From: an uncultured bacterium
GTDB taxonomy: Bacteria > Chloroflexota > UBA5177 > JANWHV01
Assembly (NCBI GenBank): GCA_963729625.1
Contig: CAVSOU010000014.1
Coordinates: 64,001 to 128,000, forward strand
Reading direction: 5' to 3'
Length of the DNA stretch: 64,000 nt
This document shows, in pieces, positions 28,829 through 38,587 of the stretch; within the stretch, counting starts at the first letter, position 1, and every line of letters begins with the position of its first letter. The position numbers were made by a program, and so were the translations under genes. The notes beneath the pieces were generated by a model. It did not search any database and was not told where the DNA came from. It saw nothing but the letters and a program-made list of their open reading frames with translations.

Positions 28829-30694
28829 ATGAGACGACTGATCATAGCGATCTGTCTGGTGCTTGTGGGATGGTGCGGCACGGGTCTGGAGGGAGGTCAA
28901 GCTCTGGCCGCCTCGCTCTGCGTTGGAGGTGGACCTGGCTGCTACTCGACAATTGCTGCAGCCATCACTGCAGCGCACGACGGCGATGTGATTCGCATTG
29001 GCCCAGGCACATTCGCCGGGGGCATCAGCATCGACGTCAGTGTGCAGATCATTGGGGCGGGAGCGGGCGCGACGATCATCTCGGGCGGGGGCCCGGTAGT
29101 GACGATCGGGATTCCGAACGCGGCCGCGGAACCAACCGTGAGTATCGCTGGCGTGACGGTGACCGGCGGCGTGAACCATACCTTCCCCAGCCCCTCGGAC
29201 GCAGAAGGAGGCGGCATCTATGTCTCCCCCTCTGTCGGAGGAGGCGCCCTCACCACGGTGACGATATTCAACTGCGCCATTAGCGGAAACAGCGCCCAGT
29301 CGCTCGTCGGTGACGGAGATTCACCGTCCAACTCCACCAGCAGAGGCGGCGGCATCGCTAACTCCGGGACCTTGGCGCTCGTCAACACTACGGTGAGCGC
29401 CAACACTGCGGCTTGGCATATCAGCCCGGCGCCGGAGCCGGACTTTGACAAAGCCGAGGGCGGCGGCATCGCGAACAATGGCACGGGCACGTTGACCCTG
29501 CGCAACAGCACCGTCAGCGGCAACAGCGCGACTCTCACCACGACTGAGACCTCACGTGGCGACGGGGTAGGTGGCGGAGGCATTCTCAACCAAAATACAA
29601 CGCTGACCGTAGAGAATAGCACCATCGTCAATAACACTGCGAGCTCCGTCACCGCGGCGACCACAAACTTCGACTACGCCATCGGCGGAGGCGTTTTCTC
29701 TGGTGGCACACTGACCGTCAAGAACAGCACGGTCGGCGGCAACTCGGTCAGCTTCTCCACGGCGGCAGTGCAACCCAACCTGTTCGTGCACGGGGGTGGG
29801 ATCGAAGACGGCGGCACGGCGAACATCGACGGGACCGCCGTCAGCGGCAACTCCGTGACGGCGACGACCACCTCGCTAGACGCTAATAGCGGCGTCGGCG
29901 TGGTGGGCGGCGGCATCCACGTCGATGGGACGGCGACCATCCGGGGCAGCCAGATTACCGACAACAGCGTGACGACGACTGCGTACGGCGGCTTTGCCGC
30001 GGCCAACGGCGGCGGCATCGACGACGACGGCTCCCTCGTCCTGCTGGCCAGCAGCGTCCGCGACAATCACACCAGCACCACCCTGACGTCCACGCAGACC
30101 GGTGCGAGTGCCTTTGCCACCGGCGGCGGCATGGATGTGGACGGATCGGCCTCTGTTCTGGGCACGACCTTTAGCGGCAATAGCGCCACGTCGACGACTC
30201 CCGCGGCGACAGCCCCGTTCCCAGGCGGCACCTACGCCTTGGGGGGAGGACTCAATGTCGCGGGCGGGGACGTTCCGGTAGCGACGGTGGCTATGACGGA
30301 TAGCATCGTCGTCGGCAACCGCACCTCTGCCAATTCCACCTCAGGCACGGCGGATGGACCGGGCGGTGGCATCGCAAACAGCGGCATGCTGACCATGCGC
30401 AACACTGCCGTGGGCAACAACACCTCCAGCGCAAACGGCCCTAGCGGTTTCGCGGGAGGCGGGGGCATATGGAACGATCTTCCCCCAGGCCCGCCGTCCC
30501 ATCTGGCTCTCACCGACAGCGCGATCAGCCGCAACAGTGCGATTGGGAGTAGTCAGGGTATCACGGTGCAGGGCGGAGGCCTGTTCAGCGGCTCTAGCGA
30601 CGGCTCGACGGTGATGGCGACCAGGATCGTCATCGCCTTGAACACGCCGGGCAACTGCTACCCACTGCACGTCGTTTCAGGCTGCTTTGGCTAG
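28829..30694 (+). CDS. Secreted right-handed beta-helix (polymorphic GGGI repeat) protein
   Basis: Signal peptide; TIAAAI..A.DGD.I.IGPGTF; many GGGI.N.G.L.L.NSTVSGNSA repeats. Confidence 0.82.
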   Translation: MRRLIIAICLVLVGWCGTGLEGGQALAASLCVGGGPGCYSTIAAAITAAHDGDVIRIGPGTFAGGISIDVSVQIIGAGAGATIISGGGPVVTIGIPNAAAEPTVSIAGVTVTGGVNHTFPSPSDAEGGGIYVSPSVGGGALTTVTIFNCAISGNSAQSLVGDGDSPSNSTSRGGGIANSGTLALVNTTVSANTAAWHISPAPEPDFDKAEGGGIANNGTGTLTLRNSTVSGNSATLTTTETSRGDGVGGGGILNQNTTLTVENSTIVNNTASSVTAATTNFDYAIGGGVFSGGTLTVKNSTVGGNSVSFSTAAVQPNLFVHGGGIEDGGTANIDGTAVSGNSVTATTTSLDANSGVGVVGGGIHVDGTATIRGSQITDNSVTTTAYGGFAAANGGGIDDDGSLVLLASSVRDNHTSTTLTSTQTGASAFATGGGMDVDGSASVLGTTFSGNSATSTTPAATAPFPGGTYALGGGLNVAGGDVPVATVAMTDSIVVGNRTSANSTSGTADGPGGGIANSGMLTMRNTAVGNNTSSANGPSGFAGGGGIWNDLPPGPPSHLALTDSAISRNSAIGSSQGITVQGGGLFSGSSDGSTVMATRIVIALNTPGNCYPLHVVSGCFG

Positions 30695-31101
30695 CATCCG
30701 GCAGATTGGCCCGCCCGGCCCGTGGCGACCATCAGCGTCTGGACCACTGCAGGGACCGGGGCAGGACCTGACCGGCTGACGATTCGCGACGGCCCCGACA
30801 CGCCGGGGCAGCAAGGAGTGCGCTTGCTGCCCCGGTGACCCTGTTGGAGAAGTAGCCACTACCGCTGTCACCATCGTCTGTGTGCTCCAGTCAACCATGA
30901 TGCCGATCTCCGAGATCGTCAACACCTGGTACTCTAGGATCAAGCCTCAGCGCATGATCGAACTGGGTCGGATGGGCAGGGTCGTGACCAGATGAGGGAC
31001 GGGCCGAGGACCTTCCGTTGGGAGCAACCAACAATGCACTTTTCGTTGCGCCTCCGGACCCTGGTGGCCTCTGGTAAGCACATCGCTCTGGAGCTGCCCA
31101 C

Positions 31102-31155
31102 CTCATAATCGGTTGGTCCCCGGTTCGAATCCGGGAGGGCCCACTCTTCTCTTGA
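31102..31155 (+). repeat. attR direct repeat (54 bp)
   Basis: Identical to 21266-21319. Confidence 0.93.
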
Positions 31156-31389
31156 GGAAGACGAGCACACCGCCCGAACTTATCTTATCCGGCTGAGCGC
31201 GGCGCTCGAGCACCAACCGGATCGTATGATCTCTAGCAGGCAGATCTTGGTGCATGGCGCTGTCGATTTTTGCTTAGCAGTTCGAGCGGGGCATCCTCGC
31301 CGCGAACCGCAGTCCAGGACCATCAGCGCGTACATCGAGGCGCCGCACTTCTTCAATTCTTACCAACGCATCCGACCCCAGAGCTGCCA

Positions 31390-31847
31390 GTGATGTTGTG
31401 GTGACCTGCGAAGGGTCGGGGGTTGCGTCGCGCACCACGACGGAGATTGCCAATCCGTGCGTGGTGATTGAAGTGCTGTCTGAGAGCACCGAGCATTACG
31501 ACAGGACGCAGAAGTTCGAATACTACCGTGCCTGTGAGAGCTTGCTCGAGTATGTGTTGGTTAACACGGATCGGCAGCTCGTGGAGGTGTATCGGCGAGA
31601 CCCCGATGGGCACTGGGGCCTCTTCAGCATGCATGGCCCGGCCGACAGCGTGCGGTTGGCCGCGCTCGACGTCACCTTCCCGGTGAGTACCCTCTATGAG
31701 CGCACCGATGTGCCCGAGACACTCCCAGCCAAGAGCGCTCGCCCCGGACGGCGCCGACGGACCTGGATGGCACGCATGGGCCCGCCAGCTGCCCCTGCTG
31801 GGCCAGATCGCCCAAGCGGAAGCCAGAAGGCATCTGCGCGCAGGTAA
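31390..31847 (+). pseudogene. Uma2 family endonuclease-fold fragment (N-terminus missing)
   Basis: DVVVTC..NPCVVIEVLSESTEHYDR..KFEYYR..SLLEYVLV; similar to the C-terminal part of 35647..36231. Confidence 0.7.
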
Positions 31848-32080
31848 TAGCTGCCGCCAGGACCGCACGTATCCGCGCCTTGTTCAGATCGATCCCTCCA
31901 ATGCGGGTACGGCCAAGGTGGGACGAGGTCGGCACGGGTCGGACGCCGCGCCGGAGACGAGGGCCCGATCCAGCTTGAAGATGGAGTCCAGCCAGCGATT
32001 GACCATGCCGCGCAGTCGGGCCACCAGCGCCGGAAAGCGGGGCAGGACCTGGCCGATCCACAGGGCCGGTTCAGGCCTTC
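31780..32080 (-). pseudogene. Frameshifted transposase-like remnant
   Basis: Two frames join: LPRFPALVARLRGMVNRWLD... and GRTRIGGIDLNKARIRAVLAA...PSGF; recalled similarity to an uncharacterised IS-like protein family. Confidence 0.4.
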
Positions 32081-32658
32081 CACCATCTGGGCGGACTTGC
32101 CGCCGCCCCCGGCTTGCTGGTTCTACCGATGTGTGGCTTCGAAGGCGTGGTGCCGAGCGCTTTCTCCAGGAGGGGCGGCGCACAGAGCGGCGTGCCAGCA
32201 GACACGGTGCGCTCGGCCCGCCATGTACGTGCAGTCGTAGCACACGGTGCGCCTGGTCTCCACGGGCTGAAAGGTGTACACGACTGGAGCGCCAGTCACG
32301 CGCGGTGCGGAGACGGTGTACTACAGACCATCGCGATCCACATGGCCTGGTCGATGTCGTGCTGCGCCACGTTCAGCGACGCAAGTGGTGGGCCGGCTTG
32401 GAGCGGTTGCATCCGGTGCACCGCTCCACGCGACGTCAACCACCAGTACGAGCGAAATGAGTGCGACTAGGCGTCGCAGCACGGTCTGTTTCCTTCCTGT
32501 ATGGCATTAACTGGTACGCTTCACGGCGTACAAGGGGGAAGATCGAGATGGCTATGCGCTCGCCATGGACATCGCGCGACGTCACCTCTCGAACGGCCAG
32601 CGTTCTGCTATCGTAGTGAAAGCCCAGTCCGCCAAGGTGTCAGCGGGCATTGGAAACG

Positions 32659-32943
32659 CTAGGACGCAGCGTACGCCCGCTCGCCGTCTACGATTGGTGC
32701 AGCCTCTCGCACCTGGACTGCGTTCAACCAAAGGCCCGTTGCGGCGCACGCCAACGCGTCGCGAGCGATGTGCAGCGCCTCGTCAGGATCGTTCGCCTGT
32801 ACTGTGGCACGGGCCGACAGATGGTTGTCGCGATAGGAGACGGCGCCGCCAAACGGCTGCAACAACTCCACAATGCTTTCGGCAGTCACATCACTCAGGA
32901 CCGTCGATGCACGGAATTCCATGTCTACGTCCCATTCTCGCAT
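32659..32943 (-). CDS. Putative antitoxin-like partner of the HicA-like gene
   Basis: Directly downstream of the HicA-like ORF, with RBS; alpha/beta pattern ATVQANDPDEALHIARDAL. Confidence 0.45.
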   Translation of the reverse strand: MREWDVDMEFRASTVLSDVTAESIVELLQPFGGAVSYRDNHLSARATVQANDPDEALHIARDALACAATGLWLNAVQVREAAPIVDGERAYAAS

Positions 32944-32954
32944 CGTCTGCCCTC

Positions 32955-33161
32955 TCATTTCTCTGGCGGGGGCCAAATCAATCCTTGCCGCCGCGGTGTC
33001 GCGAGTAAGTTCCGAATGGAGCGCACATCAGATGGTGTGCCCGATCCGATAACAGTCTGCTTTGTCGGGTCTGGCGGAGTGAACTTCGGATGGCCCTTGG
33101 TGGTCACGTCTACTGTCCAACCTTGGTCGCGCGCAGCACGCTCAAGATCACGCAGTTGCAT
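32955..33161 (-). CDS. HicA-like small toxin protein
   Basis: L..AA.DQGW.V..T.KGHPKF.PP...GTPSD.R...NL; conserved GH in a dsRBD-like fold. Confidence 0.6.
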   Translation of the reverse strand: MQLRDLERAARDQGWTVDVTTKGHPKFTPPDPTKQTVIGSGTPSDVRSIRNLLATPRRQGLIWPPPEK

Positions 33162-33715
33162 GACGTTGACCGCACATGCCGTCTATCCCGATCACCCTTC
33201 CGTATCCCCGATCCCCTGTGTCGATACCCATACTTCTAGGGCATCTGTACCAGATTCTAGCATGCCGGTATGTCTTTCGCTACGCACCGCAAGAACTTGC
33301 GGGCGACGTCAAGGCAAACGTGCTGGACGGTCGCCTCCCAGCGTGCGCCCCGGAACGACACGCCACCGGCACAGAACGGCCGGACGCTGGCGCTGGCTCG
33401 CTCGCCAACCGCGTCCGGCCACGCACGGTGCTACGACCGTTAGGCGAGGATGCATCCTGTTGCCTCAGCGGCGGCTATATGCGAGTATCGGCAATCTACG
33501 ACCACCATCGGATGGCCGCTGTCCAGGGCTGTACCGGTTTGCGAAGCGCCGGTTGAGCGTTCCAGGATTCGATTGGGGCGGTCACGCCGGTGCAGAGTCT
33601 CGACGGAGATGGACAACGAATAGTCTCGGTTTTGCCACCGTGCGAGTACTCCCTACAATGAAAGGACGGCGCCGGTCCATTAGTGAGACCGGGTCATGTT
33701 GAGAAGAGGTCGTTC

Positions 33716-34054
33716 ATGCCTGTCACCACCACGGGTCTCGAGTACGAGGATGTAACCGTTGGCAGCGGCGAGAGTCCGCGTTCCGGGCAGAAGGTGTCCG
33801 TGCACTACACCGGCACGCTGACGAACGGCACGAAGTTCGATTCGAGTCGCGATCGCAACACGCCCTTTTCGTTTACGCTCGGCCTTGGCCAGGTGATAGC
33901 CGGGTGGGACGAAGGCGTGGCAACCATGCGCGTGGGCGGCAGACGAAAGCTTACAATTCCGTCGAGACTTGCCTATGGCGCTCGCGGTGTTCCAGGGGTG
34001 ATTCCATCTGGCGCCACGCTCGTCTTCGACGTCGAGCTGCTCGGTATCGGCTGA
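33716..34054 (+). CDS. FKBP-type peptidyl-prolyl isomerase
   Basis: [45 protein letters not shown]. Confidence 0.97.
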   Translation: MPVTTTGLEYEDVTVGSGESPRSGQKVSVHYTGTLTNGTKFDSSRDRNTPFSFTLGLGQVIAGWDEGVATMRVGGRRKLTIPSRLAYGARGVPGVIPSGATLVFDVELLGIG

Positions 34055-34125
34055 CGTGATCGGTCCGCAGGCAAGTCGGCCGTCCGTCGGCGCTCCGCCC
34101 ACTGGTATCCCTGCGAAGCGCGACG

Positions 34126-34956
34126 GTGGATCTGCCTCCGACAGGTCTCGTCCTGCTCTCAGTTTTGGCCGTACAGCTCGGGGCAGCCCTGGCAAAGGCG
34201 CTCTTCCACGAACTGGGTTCCAGCGGCACGGTGCTCCTGCGCATCGGCTTCGGCGCCGCGATCCTGCTTGCCGTGCGGCGGCCGAAGGTCCGCGGCTATG
34301 CGCGGGCCGACTATGGCATTGTCTTGCTCTTCGGCCTGACCATTGCCGCGATGAACAGCTGCTTCTATGCGTCGATCGCCAGGATTCCGCTGGGCGTCGC
34401 GGTGACTATCGAGTTCGTGGGGCCGCTGGCGGTGTCCGTTCTCGGCTCGCGCCGGCGCCTGGACCTGCTCTGGAGCGCTCTGGCGGCAGCGGGTATCGTG
34501 CTCCTGGCTCCGTGGGGCGGCACGGCACTTGATCCGCTGGGCGTGCTGCTCGCGCTGCTGGCGGCCGCCGGCTGGGCAGCGTATATCGTGCTCAACGTGC
34601 GTGTCGGCCGCGCGTTCAAGGGACAGACAGGTCTGGCGCTGGCTATGGGAGTCGCGTGGGTGGCCGCGCTGCCTCTCGGCTTCGCCGTAGCTGGCCCAGT
34701 GCTCGGGAATCCACGGCTGCTGTTGCTGGGACTCGGCGTAGCGGTACTATCGACCGTGATCCCGTTTTCGTTGGAGCACGCCGCGTTGAAGCGACTGCCG
34801 GCAAAGGTCTTCAGCGTTCTGATGAGCGTCGAGCCTGCGGTTGCCGCGCTCGTGGGCGCGATCGCGCTGAAGGAGGCTTTGGGCCTGCGTGCCCTCCTGG
34901 CCCTGGCAAGCGTCTCGATGGCCGCCGTCGGCAGCGCGCGTACGGACGAGCCGTAA
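34126..34956 (+). CDS. EamA family transporter (RhtA-like)
   Basis: VQLGAALAK.LF, FYASIARIPLGVAVTIEFVGPL, MSVEPAVAAL. Confidence 0.92.
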   Translation: MDLPPTGLVLLSVLAVQLGAALAKALFHELGSSGTVLLRIGFGAAILLAVRRPKVRGYARADYGIVLLFGLTIAAMNSCFYASIARIPLGVAVTIEFVGPLAVSVLGSRRRLDLLWSALAAAGIVLLAPWGGTALDPLGVLLALLAAAGWAAYIVLNVRVGRAFKGQTGLALAMGVAWVAALPLGFAVAGPVLGNPRLLLLGLGVAVLSTVIPFSLEHAALKRLPAKVFSVLMSVEPAVAALVGAIALKEALGLRALLALASVSMAAVGSARTDEP

Positions 34957-35026
34957 CTTGAAAGCGACATGGCGACGGAGTTTCGGTCGCGCCGTGCCCA
35001 ATAGCAGCGAGGGAGGATTGTGACCC

Positions 35027-35506
35027 ATGGCAGCAGAGTCGAGTTCCTGTTGGGCGTTCTATTCGGGCTGGGAAGATTACCAACGACTGCTGGTTGGCGC
35101 CGTCGATCCGCTCGCGGACGCGCAGATGCAACACACGATAGCGGCAGAATTGCGATCGATCGGCATGCTCGCCACGCATATCGTGCGCACGCGCGCTGCC
35201 TGGCTCTATAAGGTGCTAGGCGAGGGCGGTGCAGAGGTGGCAGCAATCGCGGCATGGGATGATAACGCGAGAGACGCGCCGTCGGCGGCCGAGCTCGTGC
35301 GTGGACTCGAGGTCACATTCGCCGCCTGGAAGTCCTGTCTGCAGCGCTGGACGTCACAAGATCTCGACGCGGTCTTCCACGACGGGCCGGACGAAGTGGG
35401 TCGCGGCTGGATTATCTGGCATGTAATCGAGCACGACCTGCATCACGGCGGAGAGCTCTCCTACTCGCTGGGCGCGCTCGGCCTGGCCGGGCTCAGCCTT
35501 CCTTAG
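35027..35506 (+). CDS. DinB family protein
   Basis: RSIG....H and WIIWHVIEHDLHHGGE His triad. Confidence 0.88.
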   Translation: MAAESSSCWAFYSGWEDYQRLLVGAVDPLADAQMQHTIAAELRSIGMLATHIVRTRAAWLYKVLGEGGAEVAAIAAWDDNARDAPSAAELVRGLEVTFAAWKSCLQRWTSQDLDAVFHDGPDEVGRGWIIWHVIEHDLHHGGELSYSLGALGLAGLSLP

Positions 35507-35646
35507 GGGCGTGCCGCGCACGAGATTCGACTGCCGGTCTCCACGTCCCACGGCCAACCTCGACGGGTCTCCCGGCGTAGGCGTGCCTCCGCGGTCGAGC
35601 GGGACTCGGCAGCCGGCAGGATCAGGCCGCGCCGCAGACAGCGGCG

Positions 35647-36231
35647 CTATTCCGCAGGCGTCTCCGGCACATCCGTGCGGTGGTAGATCGCCTCCACCGA
35701 AAACCTCACGCCGATCGCCGGCAGATCGACCTCGTCACGCGGCCCATAGAAACGGAACAGGCCCCACCCCTCGGCGGTACGCCGATAGACCTCGACGCGC
35801 TGATACTGCGTGGCAACCAGCACGTACTCCTGGAGGGACGGGCAGGCGCGATAGTCGTCCCATTTACGGCCGCGGTCCTTATCTTCTGTGCTGTCAGAGA
35901 GCACTTCGAAGACCGCGCGGGGTTCGACCACCTCGGTCATGTCTCTTGTTGCCTGATCGAGGGCCGAACACGACACCACCACATCGGCATACGTGTAGCG
36001 GCTGTCTGAGACCCGAGTTGCTAGATCGGAATTGTAGGCAATGCATGGCCCGTCGCCAAAAGCGCTATCTAGCAGACCCGAGATATTCATCGCGATCCGC
36101 GAGTGAGCAGCCGAGCCCCCGGCCATTGCGTAGACATATCCGTCGATGTACTCGTGCCTCACCTCGCTCGAACGTTCGAGCCGGCGCCACTCGTCGACAG
36201 TCATACGCGCATCTTGCCGGTTGGCAACCAT
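35647..36231 (-). CDS. Uma2 family endonuclease-fold protein
   Basis: RHEYIDG.VYAMAGGS..H, EVLSDSTE..DRG.K...Y. Confidence 0.9.
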   Translation of the reverse strand: MVANRQDARMTVDEWRRLERSSEVRHEYIDGYVYAMAGGSAAHSRIAMNISGLLDSAFGDGPCIAYNSDLATRVSDSRYTYADVVVSCSALDQATRDMTEVVEPRAVFEVLSDSTEDKDRGRKWDDYRACPSLQEYVLVATQYQRVEVYRRTAEGWGLFRFYGPRDEVDLPAIGVRFSVEAIYHRTDVPETPAE

Positions 36232-36400
36232 AGCGGACCCTCCACACGACATGGTAGCGCCTTCGGCTGAATGCCGAGCGCCGACTCTCGGCCAAGTGGG
36301 GCGGAGTTGAGGGGCAGGCCGGCATGAGTCGGCGGCGAAGGTCGCACGTTGAATTGTGGCTGTGTGAGGGCACGGCGTCGGTCGATTGGCGGCGTGACGG

Positions 36401-37156
36401 CTACTTCAGCGCGATCCCGTCTCGGACAGAATCTGCCACGCCGATGCTCGTACAAGGAGTGTCGTCGAAAAGCTCCGTGACCACCATATCGGATTTGTAG
36501 ATGCTTTCGTTTCCATGACGCAAAGGACTGATGGTGGTCTTCCGCATCGCATGAGCCGACAGCATTCCGCGCAAACAGTCCGTCAGCATATGACTGATCA
36601 CGTTGTGCGCATCCTCGAGGTGCGGAATCGACTTGTGCCGCACCACGATGGCGAGCTCAACAAGCGATAACGCCTCGCCGCCCTCGAACCCCAAGAGCGC
36701 CGCTGTGCGCATTCCACGTTTGCGCGCCAGTGCGAGTCCTTCGATCACGTTTGGCGAGTTTCCGCTGGTGCTCACAGCCAGCGCCAGGTCGCCCGGCCGG
36801 CCGCACGTGCGCAGTACCTCCGAGAAGACGCTGCTAAACCCTATATCGTTTGCCAGGGCGGTCATCGTCGACGCCATGGACACGAGAGAGAGACAGCGGA
36901 TGCCGGGCGCGCCAGGCACGCGCGTGCCCTTGCTCAGGTCGCACGCCATGTGGTCCGCGGTTGCCGCGCTGCCGCCGTTGCCGAACACATAGACGTTGCG
37001 GCCGGACTCGTTCACCGAAAAGACAAGCCTCGCCAAGCCTGCGACGTCGTCGAGAGGAATCACATCGAGAATCGTGTGCATCGACGCCAGGTAATCCTGG
37101 GCCACGCGCTGCGCATTCAAGCTTCCGGCCACATCGACGTCCTGGATCTGATGCAT
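36401..37156 (-). CDS. gmhA: SIS-domain phosphoheptose isomerase
   Basis: FGNGGSAATADH, TALAND, STSGNSPNV, EDAH. Confidence 0.85.
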   Translation of the reverse strand: MHQIQDVDVAGSLNAQRVAQDYLASMHTILDVIPLDDVAGLARLVFSVNESGRNVYVFGNGGSAATADHMACDLSKGTRVPGAPGIRCLSLVSMASTMTALANDIGFSSVFSEVLRTCGRPGDLALAVSTSGNSPNVIEGLALARKRGMRTAALLGFEGGEALSLVELAIVVRHKSIPHLEDAHNVISHMLTDCLRGMLSAHAMRKTTISPLRHGNESIYKSDMVVTELFDDTPCTSIGVADSVRDGIALK

Positions 37157-37408
37157 GTGCTCCCGAACCTTTCTGCCCCGCGTCCGCCACGAAAGTTGCC
37201 CCCAGTTTAGCACGAATGCCACATTTGTGGCGAGTCCGCCAAATGGCCTCGCCTCCTGCGGGTCACCTCGGTTCTCCATCGAGTTGCCCGCTCGGTGCGC
37301 GATTGTCCAGCGACGGCGAGGTCTGCGCCGCATTCAGGCAACGCCTCCCGTTCACGTCGGTCCTTCGGGGCTCGGCGGAGGCGACGTGACACAGGGCTCA
37401 CGCATACG

Positions 37409-37438
37409 TTGACACCGGGAAAACTGCCGCGGTATGGT
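37409..37438 (+). promoter_or_regulatory. Putative promoter for the hddA operon
   Basis: TTGACA-18 nt-TATGGT. Confidence 0.4.
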
Positions 37439-37570
37439 TACACCGAGTTGAAGCGAACCAGGACAGGACCGGCGATGCGGTCTTTGTCGATGCCGGGCGG
37501 CTCCTCCGGCGTGGCAGACGGCCTCGTTATCGTACGGGAACCAGAGGTCACGCTCCGGCCCGGAGGGCTG

Positions 37571-38587
37571 ATGGTTATCGCGCGCGCCCCTATGCGTATC
37601 AGCTTCGCCGGTGGTGGAACCGACCTCCCGGCATACTACGAGCAGCACGGGGGGCAAGTTCTCAGTGTGTCGATCGATAAGTACATCTACGTGACCATTC
37701 AGCCGTCTCGCGCCGGCGTTCAGGTCACGTCACCGGATGAGGGCGTTCAGGCGCCTGAGACGATTCCCACAGATGCGCCGGGCATTCGCCTTCCACTACT
37801 CGTTGCCGATCGCTGCGCTCCCGGCAGAAATCTCCGTTTGTTCATAGCCGGGGAAGTGCCCTCGGGCACCGGACTCGGCAGCTCCAGCGCGTTGACAGTC
37901 GCCCTCATTGCCGGGCTCGGCGCCTACGCAGGCGATGAGCGTAGCGCGGTAGAGATCGCGGAACTGGCGTGCGAGCTCGAGATTGACTATCTCGGCTCGC
38001 CGATTGGCAAGCAGGATCAGTACGCCAGCGCCGTCGGCGGCATGAACGCGCTGACGTTCAACCGTGATGGCAGTGTCGACGTGGAACCGATTCGCTTAAC
38101 GCCGGACGTTCTCGACACGCTCGAGCGCAGGCTCATGCTCTTCTTCCTGGGCACGCGCCGCAACGCTGGTTCTGTGCTCGCAAGCCAGCGACGCCAGAGC
38201 GCGGCAGGCAATCCACAAACCATAGCTGCCCTGGGCGCCATGATGGCGCTTGCCGGGGACATGCGCCACGAACTTGTGCGTGGCGACCTCGAACGCTTTG
38301 GCTCGCTCCTTCACGACTCATGGATGCAGAAGCGCCAGGTGACCAGCGGCATCACCACGAGCTATATCGATCGGTGTTATACGGTCGCGCGACAAGCGGG
38401 CGCTACGGGTGGAAAGGTCGCGGGCGCAGGCGGCGGTGGTTTCCTGCTGTTGTACTGCCGTGAGGACCACCAGGTAGCGGTCACGGGCGCGCTTGAGCCG
38501 CTCGGCCTTGCGCGCCTGCCATTCGATTTCTCTGCCGCTGGCGTACAAGTCGTGCTCAATAACCCACTGCTGGACGCTTCGCGATGA
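37571..38587 (+). CDS. hddA: GHMP kinase, D-glycero-alpha-D-manno-heptose-7-phosphate kinase
   Basis: APMRISFAGGGTD, PSGTGLGSSS, IGKQDQYASAVGG, GAGGGGF. Confidence 0.88.
   Translation: MVIARAPMRISFAGGGTDLPAYYEQHGGQVLSVSIDKYIYVTIQPSRAGVQVTSPDEGVQAPETIPTDAPGIRLPLLVADRCAPGRNLRLFIAGEVPSGTGLGSSSALTVALIAGLGAYAGDERSAVEIAELACELEIDYLGSPIGKQDQYASAVGGMNALTFNRDGSVDVEPIRLTPDVLDTLERRLMLFFLGTRRNAGSVLASQRRQSAAGNPQTIAALGAMMALAGDMRHELVRGDLERFGSLLHDSWMQKRQVTSGITTSYIDRCYTVARQAGATGGKVAGAGGGGFLLLYCREDHQVAVTGALEPLGLARLPFDFSAAGVQVVLNNPLLDASR

Larger units (their letters stand above)
21266..31155. mobile_element. ~9.9 kb genomic island integrated in tRNA-Ile2
   Basis: Identical 54-bp direct repeats (tRNA 3' half plus 12 nt flank) at both ends; tyrosine-recombinase remnant beside the left repeat. 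Confidence 0.88.

Noticed and set aside
31102-31143. Second tRNA gene
   Set aside because: Only the 3' half is present (no D-arm or 5' acceptor strand); it is the att duplication
33555-33620. tmRNA-like 5' end (ggattcga, ggggcgg)
   Set aside because: The elements are in the wrong order and there is no matching 3' tRNA-like end
32650-33702. 350-aa plus-strand ORF and many other long overlapping ORFs (e.g. 34365-35255, 51839-52804, 55765-56769)
   Set aside because: No recognisable motifs; these are shadow ORFs antisense to real genes, as expected in GC-rich DNA
37445-37570. glmS ribozyme or other riboswitch before hddA
   Set aside because: A hairpin is present (GACAGGACCG/CGGTCTTTGTC) but the conserved AGCGCC...GACGAGG core is absent
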